Of a DNA stretch of 60,761 bases, positions 36,583-43,725 are shown in pieces. Below the pieces are notes generated by a model. The model made no database searches, was not told where the DNA came from, and was given only the letters and a program-made list of their open reading frames with translations. How positions within the stretch are numbered: position 1 is the first letter of the stretch; the number at the start of each line of letters is the position of its first letter. The stretch comes from Kiritimatiellia bacterium (lineage in GTDB: Bacteria > Verrucomicrobiota > Kiritimatiellia > RFP12 > UBA1067), in contig JAZRXT010000164.1 of NCBI GenBank assembly GCA_045600365.1, positions 1-60,761 on the forward strand, in the 5' to 3' direction. The position numbers were made by a program, and so were the translations under genes.

Positions 36583-36763
36583 CCCAATTCTCTTTTCTTA
36601 CTTCCACTTTTTCATATGTAGAATAAAACTTATGTCTAGTTCTTTTGAAATATACATATTTGACGCCCTTGATGATCGCACAGGCATTTCGTCCGTACTT
36701 ATTGTCATTTGCTTCCATCCATGCATCGGCATCACTCGACGCCTGGCGAAGATCCTGCCACAT
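36575..36763 (-). CDS. Hypothetical 62-aa protein.
   Basis: MWQDLRQASSDADAWMEANDNKYGRNACAIIKGVKYVYFKRTRHKFYSTYEKVEVRKENWDD. Its stop overlaps the next start (ATGATTAA). The region is AT-rich and I recognise no homology. Confidence 0.3.
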   Translation of the reverse strand: MWQDLRQASSDADAWMEANDNKYGRNACAIIKGVKYVYFKRTRHKFYSTYEKVEVRKENWDD

Positions 36764-36790
36764 GCATGATTATTCACTTGGAGCTTCATT

Positions 36791-37213
36791 TCATCGTTCC
36801 AGTTCTTCCAAAAATATGTTTATGGCGCTAGCTGGCAGAGAATTAGTAAGAGACACAATCTCCCCAATGCGATTATGCTCTGCAAGCCAGATCGCCGCGT
36901 TTACGCGAAATACCGTCAAAATAGTCTCATTAGGAGACCTCATCCATCGTGACATTGAGCTCCAATAATTCGTCGATCCCATATTTGGCGGGTACGTACC
37001 GATCCTAGTTATCATGTTCGTGGACAAAACAAAGGCGGCATCCTGTTGGTTCCCGTAATTCAGTCCTGCCATATATTCGACAGCTGCAGCGTATCGAATC
37101 CACGACCCATCATCAAGACCAGTGCAATAAACGACGTTTGACACTAGGCTCTGATGACGACCAGAGCATTCATCGTTAGCGCAACTCTCTTCATCTTCAT
37201 CCATTCTGTGCAT
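36791..37213 (-). CDS. Hypothetical 140-aa protein, a paralogue of the body of 36179-36582.
   Basis: ATG at 37213-37211 overlaps the TGA of the upstream 55-aa ORF (TGATG). MHRMDEDEESCANDECSGRHQSLVSNVVYCTGLDDGSW...EIVSLTNSLPASAINIFLEELER. The track ORF extends to 37285 in the same frame. Confidence 0.5.
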   Translation of the reverse strand: MHRMDEDEESCANDECSGRHQSLVSNVVYCTGLDDGSWIRYAAAVEYMAGLNYGNQQDAAFVLSTNMITRIGTYPPNMGSTNYWSSMSRWMRSPNETILTVFRVNAAIWLAEHNRIGEIVSLTNSLPASAINIFLEELER

Positions 37214-37380
37214 CAGCGAAATTGCCAGCGCCAAATCTGCAGCGCCAGGCCAAGAAACGAATGGCGGAGCTGTCCGCACAGCCATTCGCAGGAAAGCAGC
37301 TTTTGTTCATACAGCAGGAAGAAAAACGCCGCGACCAGCGTCGCGAGCGCCGCAAGCCGTAGACAAAACGTTATTTCCAT
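37213..37380 (-). CDS. 55-aa hydrophobic leader or TM peptide ORF. It may be the detached signal peptide of the next gene.
   Basis: MEITFCLRLAALATLVAAFFFLLYEQKLLSCEW.... AAGGGGGG lies about 13 nt upstream and the ORF sits directly downstream of a consensus promoter. Confidence 0.35.
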   Translation of the reverse strand: MEITFCLRLAALATLVAAFFFLLYEQKLLSCEWLCGQLRHSFLGLALQIWRWQFR

Positions 37381-37408
37381 GCCGTACCCAATCCCCCCTT
37401 CAAGAAGA

Positions 37409-37438
37409 ATTATAACACAGGCCATTGTAGATTGTCAA
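37409..37438 (-). promoter_or_regulatory. Near-consensus sigma70 promoter: TTGACA, 18-nt spacer ending in the TGn element (TGT), then TATAAT.
   Basis: The minus strand reads TTGACAATCTACAATGGCCTGTGTTATAAT. The -35 is at 37438-37433, the -10 at 37414-37409, and the TG at 37417-37416. Confidence 0.6.
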
Positions 37439-37491
37439 TAATCACCTCTTATAAAATCAAGCGAAAAATCGTATCTCAAGAACGAAAAAGT

Positions 37492-37520
37492 TTGATTTTC
37501 TTTTCGTTAAATAGTATATT
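37492..37520 (+). promoter_or_regulatory. Sigma70-like promoter TTGATT-N17-TATATT, 9 nt upstream of the ATG at 37530.
   Basis: TTGATT at 37492-37497 and TATATT at 37515-37520. The -35 lies in the loop of the inverted repeat AACGAAAAAG (37481-37490) / CTTTTCGTT (37500-37508). Confidence 0.5.
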
Positions 37521-37529
37521 ATTTGGACT

Positions 37530-37904
37530 ATGGAAGAAGTAGACACAACTCGATCCGAGTTAACAGAAGAACGCCTGCGCCTGGAACGCGAGGCGCTGGC
37601 GATTGAACGCGAACGCCTCGCCGCCGCCCGCGCCCATGCCGAGGCCATGGATCGCATTTCCAAACCCAGCGGGTCGTTTGTTCGATATGCGTCAATCGCC
37701 CTACTGGCCCTTGTATGCTTCGCCACGGGTCTGATTGCGGGCATCGCCATCATGGAACGCCAGCAGCAGAACGAACTCGAGGAACGCCGTGAACGCGCGT
37801 TGTCGCTGATCAAGGGTATCTCCAACGAAGAGAAGGACACCTCGTCCACCAACTCCCCGGCCGCCGAGACCGGCCGCAACGTAAAGGTTGTCGTAATCCA
37901 GTGA
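37530..37904 (+). CDS. Coiled-coil protein with a single TM helix (124 aa).
   Basis: ELTEERLRLEREALAIERERLAAARAHAEA coiled coil, then the TM segment YASIALLALVCFATGLIAGIAIM. Its stop overlaps the next gene's start. Confidence 0.7.
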   Translation: MEEVDTTRSELTEERLRLEREALAIERERLAAARAHAEAMDRISKPSGSFVRYASIALLALVCFATGLIAGIAIMERQQQNELEERRERALSLIKGISNEEKDTSSTNSPAAETGRNVKVVVIQ

Positions 37905-39979
37905 CCATGTTCAAGTTCCAACTATCCGCCGCAATCGCCGCCTTGGCCGCAATTGCCACCGCAACGCCAAGCGCCGAGCTGACAGCATCGGCCACGAACA
38001 TCGTGATAACCGAGGAGCTCTCGCTTGCCCTGCACATCAAACTGCCGCCACTAAAAGGCGACTGGGCGTCGCTGCCCCCCTACCTGAATCAGCGCCCGAT
38101 CCACATCGAGGCCAAATTCCTGGAACCCGACTGGAAAACCGGCGCCATCGCCACCGCCAACCCAAAGGCGAAACCACCTTTCATCGCCAATCCGTCCGGC
38201 ACCGGCCGCGACGTCCCCTGCTACACGCTGAACAAGTACCAGTCGGACGGATTTGCCGCCGCCATGCGCGATCCCTTCGGGATGCTCGACGACGACTTCT
38301 TCGGCAACGCCTTCGGTCCCAAGGCCCACCTCTTCCCCTTCCTGGCCGAGCATCCCGACGACACCGCGGACTGGGCCCTCACCGTCAAAACCATCCCATT
38401 CCGCGCCATCGAGCCAGGCACCACCATAATTCCCCCGATAACGGTTACCGTGCCACTGATCACCGGTGTCGAAAAAAGACGGGACCGCTTCGGCCGAATG
38501 GTCAACGCCGTCACCGGCCTCAAGCAGACCGTGCTTCGCACCAATCCGATCACCATCGTCGTTGAGGGTCCGCCGGCGGCCGGCCGCCCGAAATCCTGGA
38601 GCGGCGCCATCGGCACCAACCTCGTCTGCACCGCCTCGCTCGACTCCAGCGTATGCACAGCAGGCGATCCACTGACACTCACGCTCGACATCCAGGGCGA
38701 CGGCGACCTCTCGCGCATCCACCCTCCCACCCTGGCCGAAGCCGCAACCAATACCTCCTTCCGCATCGACGACGCTTCCGCGCGCACCGAGACACTCGGC
38801 GATCGCCGCCGCTTCACCTGGCGAGTGCGCACCGTCAAGGCCGGTACTGTCGAATTTCCGCCCTTGCCATTCTCCTGGTACGACCCCGTGGCCAGACGAT
38901 ATGTCACCGCCACGACCGAGTCTATCCCCATTCAGGTTAAGGCCGGCGCCCAGGCCGCGCTCGGCGCCATTGCCGGGGAGGAAGAGGACGCGGATTCGTT
39001 TCCGATGCCCGACGGCATCGACCTTGACCCGCGCGGAGCCACCCCCAAACCGCTGCTGCCGCACCTGGCCTGGTCGGTGACCCTCTTCGCCGGCGGTCCC
39101 GCGTTGTTCCTGCTGGTCTACCTGCTGCCTGGATTCCGCAGACGGATGGCGGCCAGACGCGAACAGGCGCGACTTTCCGCCGCCGAACGACGGTTGGCGA
39201 AGGCGCTACGGGGGAACGACGACGACCGCCTCCACAAGGCGTCCATCGCCTACATCGAACTGCGCTACGGCGTCAATGGCAAGGCCGTAACCGCCGCCGA
39301 TGTGAAGGAACTCATGTCGGGCGACCGCGCGGACAGCGAAATCGAGCGCATTTCCGCCGCCCTCGTCAAGCGTGACGCATCACGCTATGCCGCCGGGGCC
39401 GTGAGAGCCGTCATCGCGATGGCACTGTGTCTTGTTGGCGCGGCCACGACATCGGCCGCCAGCACCGAATTCACCTGGCGCCGCGCCAATGCGCTCGCGA
39501 GCACAGCCGATACCGCCGAGAAATTCGCCGCCGCTGCAAAAGCCTACCGCGACTGCGTCGACAGCGGAATCGCCAACCCGATCATCCTGCAGAACCTCGG
39601 TGCGGTCTCGTTGCTCGCAGGAGACGCCAGATCCTCCCGCGCCGCATTCATGCTTGCCGAACTGCGCACCGGGGAGACGCCGTCAACGCGGCGCGGCCTC
39701 CAGGCGGCGCTTGCCCGCCTGAAGAACGATCCCCGCGCCGAACTGCCGCCAACGCGTCTGCTGCTCAAGCCGCACGTGTCGCTTCCACTGGATCTGCGGC
39801 TATTCATCGCCGCCGCCGCCTGGGCGCTAGCCTGGCTGGTAGCCCTGATGCCGCCATGCTTCATTCGCAGGGCGCTGCTCACCATGGCCATTGCGGCATG
39901 CGTGGCCGCATCGGCCTCGGTGGCGTCATCGACAATCGAAACCCGCATTGCCCAAGGAGCCGCCAATGTCAGCAGATAG
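37901..39979 (+). CDS. BatD-like (aerotolerance-operon type) membrane protein with a C-terminal helical/TPR-like region.
   Basis: Signal peptide FKFQLSAAIAALAAIATA. The block ...RRFTWRVRTVKAGTVEFPPLPFSWYDPVARRYVTATTESIPIQV is typical of BatD. TM segment at LAWSVTLFAGGPALFLLVYLL. The start is either GTG at 37901 or ATG at 37907. Confidence 0.65.
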   Translation: MTMFKFQLSAAIAALAAIATATPSAELTASATNIVITEELSLALHIKLPPLKGDWASLPPYLNQRPIHIEAKFLEPDWKTGAIATANPKAKPPFIANPSGTGRDVPCYTLNKYQSDGFAAAMRDPFGMLDDDFFGNAFGPKAHLFPFLAEHPDDTADWALTVKTIPFRAIEPGTTIIPPITVTVPLITGVEKRRDRFGRMVNAVTGLKQTVLRTNPITIVVEGPPAAGRPKSWSGAIGTNLVCTASLDSSVCTAGDPLTLTLDIQGDGDLSRIHPPTLAEAATNTSFRIDDASARTETLGDRRRFTWRVRTVKAGTVEFPPLPFSWYDPVARRYVTATTESIPIQVKAGAQAALGAIAGEEEDADSFPMPDGIDLDPRGATPKPLLPHLAWSVTLFAGGPALFLLVYLLPGFRRRMAARREQARLSAAERRLAKALRGNDDDRLHKASIAYIELRYGVNGKAVTAADVKELMSGDRADSEIERISAALVKRDASRYAAGAVRAVIAMALCLVGAATTSAASTEFTWRRANALASTADTAEKFAAAAKAYRDCVDSGIANPIILQNLGAVSLLAGDARSSRAAFMLAELRTGETPSTRRGLQAALARLKNDPRAELPPTRLLLKPHVSLPLDLRLFIAAAAWALAWLVALMPPCFIRRALLTMAIAACVAASASVASSTIETRIAQGAANVSR

Positions 39980-41051
39980 AATCGTCCTGACGCCCGTGTT
40001 CGCCCTGCTGGCACTACTGACGGCCAGCGCCCAGTGGCCGTTCGGCGGCTTCCCAAAGATGCGAATGCAGCCGCGCAACATGGAAGTGAGCGGACCTGTG
40101 GCCTGCACCGCCTCGCTCGTCCCCGCCCAGCTCGTAATCGGTCAACCGGCCCATATTCTGCTTGAACTTGAGATGGGGAAATCGGTCGGACTCGAGGATG
40201 TGAATGCGAGCGGTCTGCCCGATCCCGTGGACGGAAACATCGTCTATGGCGAAGGGTTTGAAAACCTCGCCGACCGCGCTTCGTCGAATCCCTCCAACAC
40301 CATCAAGCGTCTGCGACTCCCGGTGCGTTTTCTCTCCGAGCGCGACGAGGACGTGCGGCTGCGCGTGGGCGGACAGGTCGTGGTGCGCCGGCAGAGCGGC
40401 AACATGAGCTTCACCTCGTCACAGTCCTTTGGGATGGTGACGCCAACCTTCAAGATCAAGGTCGCCCCCCTGCCACAGGCGGGCCGGACCGACGACTTCT
40501 GCGGAGCGGTGGGCACCAAGTTCCGGCTCGACCAGCGGCTCGTGCCGGAGAAGGTGCACCCCGGCGATCTGGTAACCGCCACCTACACGCTCGAATACGA
40601 CGGCTGGTGCCCTTCCAACGTTCTCCCCCGCATCGAGCATCTTGCCGTCGACTTCAAGGCGTACGAGCCAAAGGAAGTCGAGCGCAACGAAGGCATGGTA
40701 AAGTGGACGCAGATCCTGGTTCCCCGCACTCCCGCCGCCACCAATTCAGCCATGACCAGCATCTGCTACTACAATGTCCACACACGCCGCTACGAACGGG
40801 TGACGGCGCCGCGGCGAAAACTCACCTTCGTATCCAGCGAGGCCGCCAGCACCCAGAACACCTCGGTCATAGTCGATTCCGGGACGAGTGCCAAGCCCGT
40901 CGCCAGCGGCACGGTCACGCTGCGGTTCGGTCCGTCGGACAAATCCCCAGTAGTGGCGGTGCTTCCTCCCGACACTCCCCTCACTGAACTTGCCCGCGAG
41001 CGCGGCTGGCGGCGGGTATCGACACCGCGCGCCATAGGCTGGACGAATTGA
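39966..41051 (+). CDS. Secreted BatD/BatE-like protein with a C-terminal SH3-like domain (361 aa).
   Basis: ATG at 39966 (MSADRIVLTPVFALLALLTASAQ). The track ORF starts earlier at a TTG. C-terminus VTLRFGPSDKSPVVAVLPPDTPLTELARERGWRRV is bacterial-SH3-like. 14-nt overlap with the upstream gene. Confidence 0.65.
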   Translation: MSADRIVLTPVFALLALLTASAQWPFGGFPKMRMQPRNMEVSGPVACTASLVPAQLVIGQPAHILLELEMGKSVGLEDVNASGLPDPVDGNIVYGEGFENLADRASSNPSNTIKRLRLPVRFLSERDEDVRLRVGGQVVVRRQSGNMSFTSSQSFGMVTPTFKIKVAPLPQAGRTDDFCGAVGTKFRLDQRLVPEKVHPGDLVTATYTLEYDGWCPSNVLPRIEHLAVDFKAYEPKEVERNEGMVKWTQILVPRTPAATNSAMTSICYYNVHTRRYERVTAPRRKLTFVSSEAASTQNTSVIVDSGTSAKPVASGTVTLRFGPSDKSPVVAVLPPDTPLTELARERGWRRVSTPRAIGWTN

Positions 41052-41053
41052 TT

Positions 41054-41121
41054 AAATTCGCTGCGCCCATAAATAGTTAAATAGTCAAATAGTTAAACTC
41101 GCTTCGCGAATAAATGGTTAA
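41054..41121. repeat. Two 27-nt direct repeats flanking three tandem 8-mers, in an AT-rich convergent intergenic region.
   Basis: 41054-41080 is AAATTCGCTGCGCCCATAAATAGTTAA. 41095-41121 is AAACTCGCTTCGCGAATAAATGGTTAA (22/27 identical). AAATAGTT / AAATAGTC / AAATAGTT lie at 41071-41094. Confidence 0.6.
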
Positions 41122-41210
41122 TTTCCCCAATTCTGGGCGACGCCAACGGGCAAGATGCCTGTTGCTCCAGCGGGCGCGGTCGGTACGTGCGAAGCTCAAG
41201 CCACTCTGAG

Positions 41211-43403
41211 CTAGCCACCCAGGCGCTCGGCGAGGGCGGTGCGGCGTTCGCGCACGGTATTGGTCTCGATCGCCTGCTTCACCGCCCACGAGGAGCCGAT
41301 CACCAGCACCAGTTTCTTGCCGCGGGTGATCGCCGTATAGAGCAGATTGCGCTGGAGCATCATGAAATGCTGCCGGTGCAGCAGCACGATCACCGCCGGA
41401 TACTCGCTGCCCTGCGACTTGTGGATGGTCGTGGCGTATGCGAGCGTGATCTCGTCGAGATCGCCGCTACGGTACTCGACCGGGCGGCCATCGAAGAGCA
41501 CGATCATCTGCCGTGCACCCTGATCAACGCTCTTCACGATGCCCAGGTCGCCATTGAACACGTCCTTGTCGTAGTTGTTTCGCAACTGCATCACCCGGTC
41601 GCCGGCGCGGAAGAAGGTACCGCCGCGCTGGAGCGCGGGACCGCTCCCGTTCAGGCGCTGCTGGAGCATGGTGTTAAGACTCTCGGCGCCAAGCAGATTG
41701 CGGCGCATTGGAGTGAGCACCTGCACGTCCTGGATCGGCTCCATGCGGAAATGGCGCGGAATGCGCGTGGCCATGAAGTCAATGGCGGTGGCCAGCGCCT
41801 CCTGCGGATCCTCGCGGGAGATGAAGTAGAAATCACTCTCGCCCTGGCGCGTCTCCAGTGGTTCGCCGGCATTGACATGGTGGGCATTGCGCACGATGAG
41901 CCCTGTGTTCGCCTGACGGAATATCTCGGTGAGGCGCGTCGATGGGATCGCCCTAGAGCGGATCAGATCCGACAGCACGTTTCCCGGCCCCACCGACGGC
42001 AGCTGGTCGGTATCGCCCACCAGAATCAGCGTGGCGGTGCGCGGCAGGGCAGCGAGCAGATCGGCCATCAGCCGGATGTCCACCATCGACGTTTCGTCGA
42101 AGATGAAGACGTCACCAGGTAGCGGATGGTCGGCGTTGTAGGTGAACTCGTTGCTCTGGGGGTTGTACTTCAGGAGACGGTGCAGCGTGGCGGCGGGTGC
42201 GCCGGTCGATTCGGTCATGCGCTTGGCGGCGCGCCCAGTGGGGGCGCCGAGCAGAGTCTTGACCGCGCCTTCACCCCGGCGGGCACGGTAGATATCCACC
42301 AGCGCGCGGATGATGGTGGTCTTGCCCACGCCCGGGCCGCCGGTGATAATGGACACCTTGGACGCAAGCGATGTGCGTACCGCCCTCATCTGGGCGGGCG
42401 CAAGGGTGAAGCCGGTCTTCTGTTCCCACCAGGCAATCGCCTTGTCGGGTGCGATGGGCGGGAAGGACGGGCGGGCGGAAAGCATGTCGCGCAGCTTCGA
42501 CGACACTCGCCGCTCGGCGTTCCAGAGATCCTTGAGAAACAGCCGATCCCCTTCCTTGACCACCCTGCCCTCGTGGAGCTCGGCCTCAAGCGCCTCGGCG
42601 AGAATCTCGACCGAGATTCCCACCAGTTCCTGGGCGTGCAGCAGCAGGTCGGGTTCGCTAGTCCAGCAATGTCCCGCCTCGTCCGCCTCAGTGCGCAGAG
42701 TGTGCACGATCGAGGCACGGGCGCGCAGTGGGGAGTCCTTCGGCAATCCCACGGCGGTGGCAATGCGGTCGGCCGTGGCGAAGCCTATTCCCCAGATGTC
42801 GCGACAGAGCCGATAGGGATCCGCCTTGATGATGGCGACGGAATCGGGACCGTACTTGCGGTATATCTTCGCCGTCTTGGCGACGGAAATGCCATACGTC
42901 TGGGTGAAGATCATCACCTCGCGGGTGCCGCGTTCGGCGATCCACGCCTTGCGGATCGCGGCGATCTTCTTGGGTCCTACCTTGGGAATCTCGGCGAGGC
43001 GGGCGGAATAGTGGTCGAGAACGTCGATGGTGTCGGCTCCGAAGCGATCCACAATGCGGTTGGCCAGCACCGGGCCAATGCCGTGGATGAGACCGCTGGC
43101 GAGATATCGGCGGATGCCCTCGGCGCTCTTGGGCGGTATGCATTCGATGGTACGCGCCCGGTACTGGCGACCGCGGACGGGATCATCCACCCACTCGCCC
43201 TCTGCATGAAGCTCCTCACCCTCCCAGGCAGCGGCACAGGTGCCAACAACAGTGACCTCTCGCTCGCCGAGATGAAAGGCCGCTCCTCCCGCAACCGTCA
43301 CTTTCAGCACGGTGAACCCGGTCTCGTCGTTGCGGAAGACGACGCTCTTGACCGTTCCGTCTACCGTCTCGTGACCGACGGCGCTGTCACCTGCGGACGC
43401 CAT
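41211..43403 (-). CDS. recD2: RecD2-type SF1 ATP-dependent DNA helicase (RecD/TraA family).
   Basis: 730 aa. N-terminus VKSVVFRNDETGFTVLKV. Walker A ITGGPGVGKTT. LILVGDTDQLPSVGPG. C-terminus ATTIHKSQGSEY...LLYTAITRGKK. Confidence 0.9.
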   Translation of the reverse strand: MASAGDSAVGHETVDGTVKSVVFRNDETGFTVLKVTVAGGAAFHLGEREVTVVGTCAAAWEGEELHAEGEWVDDPVRGRQYRARTIECIPPKSAEGIRRYLASGLIHGIGPVLANRIVDRFGADTIDVLDHYSARLAEIPKVGPKKIAAIRKAWIAERGTREVMIFTQTYGISVAKTAKIYRKYGPDSVAIIKADPYRLCRDIWGIGFATADRIATAVGLPKDSPLRARASIVHTLRTEADEAGHCWTSEPDLLLHAQELVGISVEILAEALEAELHEGRVVKEGDRLFLKDLWNAERRVSSKLRDMLSARPSFPPIAPDKAIAWWEQKTGFTLAPAQMRAVRTSLASKVSIITGGPGVGKTTIIRALVDIYRARRGEGAVKTLLGAPTGRAAKRMTESTGAPAATLHRLLKYNPQSNEFTYNADHPLPGDVFIFDETSMVDIRLMADLLAALPRTATLILVGDTDQLPSVGPGNVLSDLIRSRAIPSTRLTEIFRQANTGLIVRNAHHVNAGEPLETRQGESDFYFISREDPQEALATAIDFMATRIPRHFRMEPIQDVQVLTPMRRNLLGAESLNTMLQQRLNGSGPALQRGGTFFRAGDRVMQLRNNYDKDVFNGDLGIVKSVDQGARQMIVLFDGRPVEYRSGDLDEITLAYATTIHKSQGSEYPAVIVLLHRQHFMMLQRNLLYTAITRGKKLVLVIGSSWAVKQAIETNTVRERRTALAERLGG

Positions 43404-43410
43404 CTGGAGC

Positions 43411-43707
43411 TCAGACGATCGTGAAGATGTCGGAAAAGCCGGTCATGTCAAAGATATCGCGCACCACGTCGTTGAGACCGGTGAGCGTCATGGTGCCAAC
43501 CTTGAGCATCTTCTTGTTGGTGCTCAGCATCACCCGCAGTCCGGCGGACGAGATGTAGTCCATCGCGCTGAAGTCAATGACGAGGTCGGAGACATCCGCT
43601 AGCGCGGACGCGAGAAATGTCTCCAATTCGGGGCTGGTGACGGTGTCAAGCCGGCCGGCGATGGCAACCGTCAGCTTGGTACCCTCAAGTTTCTTTGTTA
43701 TCTGCAT
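43411..43707 (-). CDS. STAS-domain anti-sigma-factor antagonist (SpoIIAA/RsbV-like).
   Basis: 98 aa. LTVAIAGRLDTVTSPELE...DFSAMDYISSAGLRVML carries the conserved phosphorylatable-Ser context. Confidence 0.9.
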   Translation of the reverse strand: MQITKKLEGTKLTVAIAGRLDTVTSPELETFLASALADVSDLVIDFSAMDYISSAGLRVMLSTNKKMLKVGTMTLTGLNDVVRDIFDMTGFSDIFTIV

Positions 43708-43725
43708 GACAAGGTTCCTTTACTG

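Noticed and set aside
36598-36789. Alternative 63-aa ORF (MKLQVNNHACGRIFARRRV...) in the AT-rich island.
   Set aside because: It overlaps the 62-aa ORF in another frame. It is highly basic and low in complexity, and it is not coupled to the downstream start. It is kept only as an alternative.
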